This document shows, in pieces, positions 13,101 to 23,995 of a stretch of DNA of 64,000 nt (position 1 is its first letter; each line of letters starts with the position of its first letter). Position numbers and translations under genes: made by a program. The notes beneath the pieces are model-generated. The model was not told where the DNA came from, ran no database searches, and saw nothing but the letters and a program-made list of their open reading frames with translations. This DNA is from Euglena gracilis (lineage: Eukaryota), in contig CP154954.1 in assembly GCA_039621445.1 (NCBI GenBank), positions 20,136,642 to 20,200,641 on the forward strand, written 5' to 3'.

Positions 13101-16100
13101 CTGCCCACCCGCTGGGGCCGGTGGGAGGGTGCGGTTCTGTGACCCAATGCAGAACGGCAAAGCTGATTGTGCCCCGGTGCACAAAACACCTCCAGCGGAG
13201 GAGGTAATTTGCAACCCAGGGGGGAAAACTTGTTGGTTGTCCACTGCTGAGCACATCCTCCAACGGTCAAGTTGTCCACTTGAACAGTTGCCGGCAAAAC
13301 TCAATCGATACCGCGGAAACCCCATCAACGGGGATCACGGGCAGCTGTGGCTTGCCCGGCACTTCAAAAACAGTGGCCCTGGATCCGGTCAGTTGAGAAA
13401 GCTGTGATCATTTGGTTTGAGTCACACGTGAGTATCAAACCAGCATCATGCGACGACCAATCCAATTGCTCTAAATGCCTGGCCAACTGGTGCTCCCTTT
13501 TGGGCTAGGAAAAAAAAAACTGTCCCCTTCCCACCTTTTCCCCAAACTTTGGTGAGCTGGCGAGCTGGGGGGCCTAGGGGGTAGATTGGGGGGTGTCGGG
13601 TGGAAAGAGCGGCGCAGCAGATGCAGCCGTGGGGCAGACTGGACGAGCTCCTTTGACGTGGTATGAACAGCCACATATGACCAACGGCTGCCCAACTGGG
13701 TGATTGCCCAGGCACACCCATCCCTTATCTGAACTTCGCCCCCTTTCGTGCCTTTTGGCAGGCTCCCAATGCTGACGGCCCAATCAGACTCGACGGAACT
13801 GCATCACAGGAATCAGCAGTCTAAGGAGCAAAGGTTGGTCATCACGAAGCCCAGCAAACTGCCAGAGCTGGGCTTTCACACACCACTCAGGTTGACCGGG
13901 CCCTTTCTCCCCAACTGGCGCGGCCACTGCAGACCTTCAGCCACCAGTCAACACCTTCCTCTTTCCCCAACACCCCGCCAACCCAACACTTCAATGCCAA
14001 TGCCCGGAAATGCAGGAGGCAGGTGCGATTCCGTTGTCCATCCCGGAACGTCCCGAACGCCTCCCATCACCCTCCTGCCCACCCGCTGGGGCCGGTGGGA
14101 GGGTGCGGTTCTGTGACCCAATGCAGAACGGCAAAGCTGATTGTGCCCCGGTGCACAAAACACCTCCAGCGGAGGAGGTAATTTGCAACCCAGGGGGGAA
14201 AACTTGTTGGTTGTCCACTGCTGAGCACATCCTCCAACGGTCAAGTTGTCCACTTGAACAGTTGCCGGCAAAACTCAATCGATACCGCGGAAACCCCATC
14301 AACGGGGATCACGGGCAGCTGTGGCTTGCCCGGCACTTCAAAAACAGTGGCCCTGGATCCGGTCAGTTGAGAAAGCTGTGATCATTTGGTTTGAGTCACA
14401 CGTGAGTATCAAACCAGCATCATGCGACGACCAATCCAATTGCTCTAAATGCCTGGCCAACTGGTGCTCCCTTTTGGGATAAAAAAAAAAAAACTGTCCC
14501 CTTCCCACCTTTTAAACAAACTTTGGGGAGCTGACGAGCTGGGGGGCCCAGGGAATAGATAGGAGGGGTGTCGGGTGGAAAGAGCGGCGCAGCAGATGCA
14601 GCCGTGGGGCAGACTGGACGAGCTCCTTTGACATGGTATGGACAGCCACATATGACCAACGGCTGCCCAACTGGGTGATTGCCCAGGCACACCCATCCCT
14701 TATCTGAACTTCGCCCCTTTCGTGCCTTTTGGGGAAATGCCATGACGGCCCAGTCAGACTCGACAAAGGTTGGTCATCACGAAGGTTGGTCATCCAGCAA
14801 ACTGCCAGAGCTGGGCTTTCACACAACCACTCAGGTTTGACCATCTCAGGTTGGCCGGGGGCGGTGGCAGGGTGCGGTTCTGTGACCCAATGCAGAACGG
14901 CAAAGCTGATTGGTGCCCCGGTGCACCAAAACACCTCCAGCGGAGGAGGTAATTTGCAACCCGGGGGGAAAAACTTGTTGGTTGTCCACTTCTGAGCACA
15001 TCCTCCAACGGTCAAGTTGTCCACTTGAACAGTTGCCGGCAAAATTGAAGCGATAACGCGGAAAGCCATTCGACGGGGATCACGGGCAGCGGGGGCTCGC
15101 CCCGCACTGCAAAAACAATGGCCCTGGATCCGGACCGTTGAGAAAGCTGTGATGATTTGGTTTGAGTCAGACGTGAGGATCAAGCCAGCAGCATGAGACG
15201 ACCAATCCAATTGCTCTAAATGCCTGGCCAACTGGTGCTCCCGTTTGGGCTAGGAAAAAAAAAACTGTCCCCTTCCCACCTTTTCCCAAACTTTGGTGAG
15301 CTGGCGAGCTGGGGGGCCCAGGGGGTAGATTGGGGGGTGTCGGGTGGAAAGAGCGGCGCAGCAGATGCAGCCGTGGGGCAGACTGGACGAGCTCCTTTGA
15401 CGTGGTATGACAGCCACATATGACCAACGGCTGCCCAACTGGGTGATTGCCCAGGCACACCCATCCCTTATCTGAACTTCGCCCCCTTTCGTGCCTTTTG
15501 GCAGGCTCCCAATGCTGACGGCCCCAATCAGACTCGACGGAACTGCATCACAGGAATCAGCAGTCTAAGGAGCAAAGGTTGGTCATCACGAAGCCCAGCA
15601 AGCCAGAGCTGGGCTTTCACACACCACTCAGGTTGACCGGGCCCTTTCTCCCCAACTGGCGCGGCCACTGCAGACCTTCAGCCACCAGTCAACCTTCCTC
15701 TTTCCCCAACACCCCGCCAACCCAACACTTCAATGCCAATGCCCGGAAATGCAGGAGGCAGGTGCGATTCCGTTGTCCATCCCGGAACGTCCGAACACCT
15801 CCCATCACCCTCCTGCCCACCCGCTGGGGCCGGTGGGAGGGTGCGGTTCTGTGACCCAATGCAGAACGGCAAAGCTGATTTTGCCCCGGTGCACAAAACA
15901 CCTCCAGCGGAGGAGGGAATTTGCCACCCAGGGGGGGAAACTTGTTGGTTGTCCACTGCGGAGAACGTACTCCAACGTTCAAGTTGTCCACTTGAACAGT
16001 TGCCGGCAAAACCGTACCGCGGAACCCCTCAACGGGGATCACGGGCAGCTGTGGCTTGCCCACCCACAGTGGCCCTGGATCCGGTGGGAGAAAGCTGATC

Positions 16101-19100
16101 ATTTGGTTTGAGTCCACACGTGAGTATCAAACCCATCATGCGACGACCATCCAATGGTAAATTGTGGCCAACTGGTGCTCCCTGGGCTGGCAAAACTGTC
16201 CCTTCCCATTTCCCCCAAACTTTGGTGCCGAGCCGGGGGGTAATGTCGGGTGGAAAGAGCGGCGCAGCAGATCAGCCGGGGGCAGACGGACGAGCTCCTT
16301 TGACATGGTATGGACAGCCACATATGACCAACGGCTGCCCAACTGGGTGATTGCCCAGGCACACCCATCCCTTATCTGAACTTCGCCCCCTTTCGTGCCT
16401 TTTGGCAGGCTCCCAATGCTGACGGCCCAGTCAGACTCGACGGAACTGCATCACAGGAATCAGCAGTCTAAGGAGCAAAGGTTGGTCATCGACCAATCCA
16501 ATTGCTCTAAATGCCTGGCCAACTGGTGCTCCCTTTTGGGCCATAAAAAAAAACTGTCCCCTTCCCACCTTTTCGGCAAACTTTGGTGAGCTGGCGAGCT
16601 GGGGGCCCAGGGGGTAGATAGGGGGGGTGTCGGGTGGAAAGAGCGGCGCAGCAGATGCAGCCGTGGGGCAGACTGGACGAGCTCCTTTGACATGGTGCGG
16701 ACATGGACTGATGAGCGGACAGACATGACACGGCGCCCAACTGGGTGATTGCCCAGGCACACCCATCCCTTATCTGAACTTCGCCCCCTTTCGTGCCTTT
16801 TGGCAGGCTCCCAATGCTGACGGCCCAGTCAGACTCGACGGAACTGCATCACAGGAATCAGCAGTCTAAGGAGCAAAGGTTGGTCATCACGAAGCCCAGC
16901 AAACTGCCAGAGCTGGGCTTTCACACACCACTCAGGTTGACCGGGCCCTTTCTCCCCAACTGGCGCGGCCACTGCAGACCTTCAGCCACCAGTCAACACC
17001 TTCCTCTTTCCCCAACACCCCGCCAACCCAACACTTCAATGCCAATACCTGGGAATGCAGGAGGCAGGTGCGATTCCGTTGTCCATCCCGGAACGTCCCG
17101 AACGCCTCCCATCACCCTCCTGCCCACCCGCTGGGGCCGGTGGGAGGGTGCGGTTCTGTGACCCAATGCAGAAACGCAAAGCTGATTGTGCCCCGGTGCA
17201 CAAAACACCTCCAGCGGAGGAGGTAATTTGCAACCCAGGGGGGAAAACTTGTTGGTTGTCCACTGCTGAGCACATCCTCCAACGGTCAAGTTGTCCACTT
17301 GAACAGTTGCCGGCAAAACTCAACCGATACCGCGGAAACCCCATCAACGGGGATCACGGGCAGCTGTGGCTTGCCCGGCACTTCAAAAACAGTGGCCCTG
17401 GATCCGGTCAGTTGAGAAAGCTGTGATCATTTGGTTTGAGTCACACGTGAGTATCAAACCAGCATCATGCGACGACCAATCCAATTGCTCTAAATGCCTG
17501 GCCAACTGGTGCTCCCTTTTGGGCTAGGAAAAAAAAAACTGTCCCCTTCCCACCTTCTCGGCAAAGTTTGGTGAGCTGGCGAGTTGGGGGCTCAGGGGGG
17601 AGAGAGGGGGGGTGTCGGGTGGAAAGAGCGGCGCAGCAGATGCAGCCGTGGGGCAGACTGGACGAGCTCCTTTGACATGGTATGGACAGCCACATATGAC
17701 CAACGGCTGCCCAACTGGGTGATTGCCCAGGCACACCCATCCCTTATCTGAACTTCGCCCCCTTTCGTGCCTTTTGGCAGGCTCCCAATGCTGACGGCCC
17801 AGTCAGACTCGACGGAACTGCATCACAGGAATCAGCAGTCTAAGGAGCAAAGGTTGGTCATCACGAAGCCCAGCAAACTGCCAGAGCTGGGCTTTCACAC
17901 ACCACTCAGGTTGACCGGGGCCGGTGGCAGGGTGCGGTTCTGTGACCCAATGCAGAACGGCAAAGCTGATTGGTGCCCCGGTGCACAAAACACCGGGGCA
18001 CCATCACTGACCTCCAGCGGAGGAGGTAATTTGCAACCCAGGGGGGAAAACTTGTTGGTTGTCCACTGCTGAGCACATCCTCCAACGGTCAAGTTGTCCA
18101 CTTGAACAGTTGCCGGCAAAATTGAACCGATACCGCGGAAACCCAATCAACGGGGATCACGGGCAGCTGTGGCTTGCCCGGCACTTCAAAAACAGTGGCC
18201 CTGGATCCGGTCAGTTGAGAAAGCTGTGATCATTTGGTTTGAGTCACACGTGAGTATCAAACCAGACGACCAATCCAATTGCTCTAAATGCCTGGCCAAC
18301 TGGTGCTCCCTTTTGGGCCATAAAAAAAAACTGGCCCCTTCCCACGTTCCGGCAAACTTTGGTGAGCTGGCGAGCTGGGGGGCAGGGGGTAGATTGGGGG
18401 GGGTGGAAAGAGCGGCGCAGCAGATGCAGCCGTGGGGCAGACTGGACGAGCTCCTTTGACATGGTACGGACAGCCACATGTAAGCAACGGCTGCCCAACT
18501 GGGTAATTGCCCAGGCACACCCATCCCTTATCTGAACTTCGCCCCCTTTCGTGCCTTTTGGCAGGCTCCCAATGCTGATGGCCCAGTCAGACTCAACGGA
18601 ACTGCATCACAGGAATCAGCAGTCTAAGGAGCATATATGGGTCATCACGAAGCCCAGCAAACTGCCAGAGCTGGGCTTTCACACACCACTCAGGTTGACC
18701 GGGCCCTCTTCTGCCTTTCTCCCCAACTGGCGCGGCCACCCCAGACCTTCAGCCACCAGTCAACACCTTCCTCTTTCCCCAACATCCCGCCAACCCAGCA
18801 ATGCCAATACCCAGGAATGCAGGAGGCAGGTGCGATTCCGTTGTCCATCCCGGAACGTACCGAACGCCTCCCATCACCCTCCTGCCCACCTGCTGGGGCC
18901 GGTGGGAGGGTGCGGTTCTGTGACCCAATGCAGAACGGCAAAGCTGATTGGTGCCCCGGTGCACAAAACGCCTCCAGCGGAGGAGGTAATTTGCAACCCA
19001 GGGGGGAAAACTTGTTGGTTGTCCACTGCTGAGCACATCCGCCAACGGTCAAGTTGTCCACTTGAACACTTGCCGGCAAAACTCAACCGATACCGAGGAA

Positions 19101-20460
19101 ACCCTATCAACGGCCATCACGGGCAGCTGTGGCTTGCCCAGCACTTCAAAAACAATGGCCCTGGATCCGGTCAGTTGAGAAAGCTGTGATCATTTGGTTT
19201 GAGTCACACGTGAGTATCAAACCAGCATCATGCGACGACCAATCCGATTGCTCCGAATGCCTGGCCAACTGATGCTCCCTTTTGGGCTATATAAAAAAAA
19301 AACTGGCCCCTTCCCACGTTTCGGCAAACTTTGGTGAGCTGGCGAGCTGGGGGGCAGGGGGTAGATCGGGGGTGTGTCGGGTGGAAAGAGCGGCGCAGCA
19401 GATGCAGCCGTGGGGCAGACTGGACGAGCTCCTTTGACATGGTACGGACAGCCACATGTAAGCAACGGCTGCCCAACTGGGTAATTGCCCAGGCACACCC
19501 ATCCCTTATCTGAACTCTTCTGCCTTTCTCCCCAACTGGCGCGGCCACCCCAGACCTTCAGCCACCAGTCAACACCTTCCTCTTTCCCCAACATCCCGCC
19601 AACCCAGCAATGCCAATACCCAGGAATGCAGGAGGTAGGTGCGATTCCGTTGTCCATCCCGGAACGTACCGAACGCCTCCCATCACCCTCCTGCCCACCT
19701 GCTGGGGCCGGTGGGAGGGTGCGGTTCTGTGACCCAATGCAGAACGGCAAAGCTGATTGGTGCCCCGGTGCACAAAACGCCTCCAGCGGAGGAGGTAATT
19801 TGCAACCCAGGGGGGAAAACTTGTTGGTTGTCCACTGCTGAGCACATCCGCCAACGGTCAAGTTGTCCACTTGAACACTTGCCGGCAAAACTCAACCGAT
19901 ACCGAGGAAACCCTATCAACGGCCATCACGGGCAGCTGTGGCTTGCCCAGCACTTCAAAAACAATGGCCCTGGATCCGGTCAGTTGAGAAAGCTGTGATC
20001 ATTTGGTTTGAGTCACACGTGAGTATCAAACCAGCATCATGCGACGACCAATCCGATTGCTCCAAATGCCTGGCCAACTGATGCTCCCTTTTGGGCTATA
20101 TAAAAAAAAACTGGCCCCTTCCCACGTTTCGGCAAACTTTGGTGAGCTGGCGAGCTGGGGGGCAGGGGGTAGATTGGGGGGGGGTGGAAAGAGCGGCGCA
20201 GCAGATGCAGCCGTGGGGCAGACTGGACAAGCTCCTTTGACATGGTACGGACAGCCACATGTAAGCAACGGCTGCCCAACTGGGTAATTGCCCAGGCACA
20301 CCCATCCCTTATCTGAACTTCGCCCCCTTTCGTGCCTTTTGGCAGGCTCCCAATGCTGATGGCCCAGTCAGACTCAACGGAACTGCATCACAGGAATCAG
20401 CAGTCTAAGGAGCATATATGGGTCATCACGAAGCCCAGCAAACTGCAAGAGCTGGGCTTC
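1147..20460. repeat. Tandem array of ~22 units: long (~974 bp) and short (~802 bp) variants in mixed order
   Basis: The landmark GTGCCTTTTGGCAGG recurs at 1777, 2751, 3553, 4525, 5327, 6301, 7275, 8074, 9049, 9852, 10825, 11799, 12773, 13748, ~14722, ~15491, 16395, 16793, 17767, 18551 and ~20332. Spacings are mostly ~974 or ~802 bp. Confidence 0.97.
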
Positions 20461-21365
20461 CGGTGTTTTTCTGTGCTGTCTTAGTCGTTTTTTTTTGTCT
20501 TGTACCATCTGTCGTACCTCAAATAGGATTACGGGAATGGCTTCCTGTCATAGCACTATTTTTTTTTATGAAGAACGTCCAAAAAAAAATGCTCAAAATC
20601 GACCTTTTTTTGGTTTTCAAAATTCCCTCTTTGGAGAATGTGCTTTAAATTGACTATTTTTTTGCGAGCCTGAAAAAATTTCCAAAAACAACCCCTTTTG
20701 GGTTGTCGGAGGTTGGGATATAAGAATAGGTTGGGGGGGACCTAGGTCTACCCTCCCCGAGCTGTTCCCATCGGTCCATAAAAGAATAGCTCGTGGGGGG
20801 GGGGTACACTTTCAACTGCCCACCAGCTGTTTTTGGTTGTTTATCTTAGGAGGCGCAAACTGCCCATGATAAAAATGACTGAAGTGGCATCCAAAGTGCC
20901 CAAAAAATACTTCAAAAAAAGGCCAAAATTTTCGAGTTACACATGTTAACAGAAATTTTCCGACCATTTCGGCTGCAAAACAGATGAAGCGGAAAACCGC
21001 TTCGATGATTTCCGAAATTTATTTTTTAACAGATTCACGGAGAAATGTGATTAAGCAAAAAGGTTTTAGAAAACCTACTACATGCACAAACGATGACCGA
21101 TGTCATCTCTCCATGAAACACACAGATACAGAAAGACAATATATATGTAGCAAAAACCCGTGTGAACGTGAAACAGAAGCACAACGAAGAAAATAAAATA
21201 AACTGTCTAATGAAGCGGAATACCGCTTCATTGGACATCCTTGGTCGTCATGTCACCGGTAGCTCAAATGAATCAGTCGTAACAGAAATACACTTACATT
21301 TATGCTGAGTGAGATAAAAAGGAGGAGAGACCACGTTGAACATTCGTGATTCACTCTGCCTGACA

Positions 21366-21655
21366 CAGGCTTCTTTTTAAGACCCCCGGGGGGGGAGGGG
21401 GGGGTCCCCCCCCCACCCACCCAGGGTGGCGCGGGCCCCCCCCCCCCGGGGGGGGGGGGGGGTCCGGGGACCCCCCCAAAATCGGGCCCGTTAAAGGCAA
21501 TTTTCAAAAATTTTCGGCGCTTCGCGCCGAAAAGGTATACCCAGCGCCTCCGGCGCGGGACCCCCCCCTCCGGGGGAGGGGTCCGGCCCGGACCCACCCA
21601 CCCACCCCCCCTCCCCCCGGGGGGGGGGGGGTCAGGTGACTTAAAAAGAAGCCTG
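21366..21655. mobile_element. hAT-like MITE (290 bp)
   Basis: TIRs CAGGCTTCTTTTTAAG...CTTAAAAAGAAGCCTG; 8-bp TSD GCCTGACA (21358-21365, 21656-21663). Confidence 0.93.
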
Positions 21656-22264
21656 GCCTGACACCGACGTTGGCTACCGTCGGTGTCGGTTCTTCCTGTG
21701 GGCTGCCGGGGCCGCAAGCGGCGGAAGCAGGCACCCGGCAGCCCCGTGGCTCCCCGCCTTGTACTGTTTGAGTCAGAATGGCTTTAGACCTAGACTGATT
21801 GTATAACTAAGATATGAGGTTCGTGGTACACTTAGCGGTTTGGTGGTTGTGTACCTCGCGGAACAAATGCATAGGGCCTGAAAAACGGATAGGGAACACA
21901 AAGGAAGCGGTTATCCGCTTCCTTTGCACATAATGGACACAATTTCATTAAAAAGGGGAGAGGCTGGACCGGGTCCAATTCACTTCCCCAGACCCCCGAA
22001 CGGTGCCCAGCCGTCAGGGGTTCGGTTACGGCTTTTGCTGGACCGGGCAGGCGATCGTACAGTCCAGGCTCCCCAGTCATCTCAATACATAAACGTTACA
22101 AAGCGTATGGTGCATGTCACAAAATGCACTTTGTGGTACAGTTAAACGTTAAACGGTTAACCACATCGCGGATTGAATTCCAATGATGACAAAACCACGC
22201 AAGAATCATTAATGGAACGTACATGAAGCGGTTTTCCGCTTCGTTTTGAGGAAGTGACCAATAT

Positions 22265-22728
22265 CAGGGGGGGGGGGAATGCGCTCGCCCGGCCTCGGAA
22301 AAAATGCGCAAAAATGCGCAAAAAAATGCGCAAAAAATGCGCATTTTTGGAAAAAATGCGCAAAATTGTGCAAAATCCGAGAAAAAATGCGCAAAAATCA
22401 CGAAAATGCAAAAATTACCCAAAAACATGCAAAAATGGCACCAAATTTGAAGAAATTATGTAGAATAATGAGGAAAATGTGCGTTTCAAAAAAAGTCAAA
22501 AATTTCAATTTTTTGCAAAAAATTGCAAAAATGGTCAAAAAATGCGAAAATTTTGGGAAATCACGAAAAAATGTGCCAAAAAGCAAAAAAATGTGCTGAA
22601 AAAAACGAAAAAATGCGCAAAAAATGCGAAAAAATGCGCAAAAATGCGCATTTTTGGAAAATTTGAAAAAATGCGCAAAAAATGCGCAAAAATGCGAAAA
22701 AATGCGAAACGCATTTTTCCCCCCCCTG
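22265..22728. mobile_element. MITE with 7-bp TSD and internal AAAAATGCGC repeats (P-element-like TSD length)
   Basis: Ends CAGGGGGG..AATGC / GCATT..CCCCCCTG; TSD CCAATAT (22258-22264, 22729-22735). Confidence 0.85.
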
Positions 22729-23995
22729 CCAATATGCTTAATGTCACTTGCGAGCTTTGTAACTGTTTACCGGTTGCATGTACCACGAACGGAGGAACAA
22801 TGTGAATGTTAGCATCCACATGAAAGAGCGTGGTTACAGTGGTGGATCGAAGCCAAGATTGGTCCACAGCACATCGTTGTGCACGCCTCTTACCCTTTGA
22901 TACACTGCTGAGTTCATCGACTCCATGAGAAGTCCTCTGCGAACATGACCTTGGCGGAGTTTTTAACAGCAAACCGCTGACAGAAGACACCTCTATATTT
23001 AACCGCACATAAAATGAAGCGGAAAACCGCTTCACCTACGCCTGAAATCGCGATCATGTCTGTTCATACCGAGTACTGTGACCACCAAGTACTATATTAA
23101 TCAAACCGCACGCATTCAGGAGGTTTACCTGAACGTGCTCTACGGGCTGCCGTTGGCAATGGCCAGCAAAGGCCGTATGTGGCGGGGACTGCCCACCCTC
23201 CACGTACTGTCTGTGGTTCCCTACCAGTGACAGCCTCCTTTTTTTGCTTTTACAGGAGGCAGCGGGAATCCGCTTCATATGAAGCCACAAGCGTGGGTAG
23301 CGACTGTGATCACCCAGGCAGTCGGGTTCATCGGTACAGAGATTGAACGCAGTTTGCTGGAGGATGTTCGCTTTCTGGTGTAAGTCACATTGGACAGCTG
23401 GTGAAAGATGGGACGTGAATGCATATACCGAGATCAAGATACTACATACGCCCGTGATGTTGCGATGGTGGAGTAGTGACTGTGATCACGGCAGGCAGTC
23501 AAGCAAATGTGGGTAGTGACTGTGATCAACCAGGCGGTTGCACAGAAAATAACCAGGTATAAATATTAAAATGAGGCAGAATAAGAAGCGTTTTTCCGCT
23601 TCGAAAAAAATGGTACAAAAAATACGTAAATCCAACCCTACGTTTCTGAATCGCGAGGTTTCTAACCGACGTAACATGGCAGTTGTACCACCAACCACAT
23701 CAATTCAGCACAAGTTCCCAGGTACTCCTGTTTTGGGAAGGATTTTACCTGACATCGCGCTCTGGATGCGCCCAATTTGAGAGACCACCCCCCGTTTATA
23801 AATTCAAAGACACCTGCCAAACAGCACCATAAATCAACAAACGCTGGTTATAAAGCGGAAAAACGCTTCATATGTGAAACAATAACCGATCTTACAACGT
23901 TTTCGTAGTTTAAGAGGTCTGATAAAATAGTTTTAGGAAGAGGAAGCGGTTATCCGCTTCCTTTTAGTCTAGAGAAATCATTTTCTTCTGATTGG

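Noticed and set aside
14700-16790. Biologically hyper-diverged array units
   Set aside because: Scattered small indels and garbled segments look like low-coverage long-read consensus error; this cannot be interpreted without reads.
1-20460. Dozens of 60-240 aa ORFs repeated in the array
   Set aside because: They overlap in all six frames and are frameshifted between copies; they are artefacts of a GC-rich repeat.
1-20460. SL RNA/5S rRNA, tRNA or histone tandem cluster
   Set aside because: I could not recognise a spliced-leader, 5S, cloverleaf or histone sequence in the unit.
22254-22812. Lys/Cys/Ala-rich ORFs (also 34730-35419)
   Set aside because: They are translations of AAAAATGC repeats inside MITEs.
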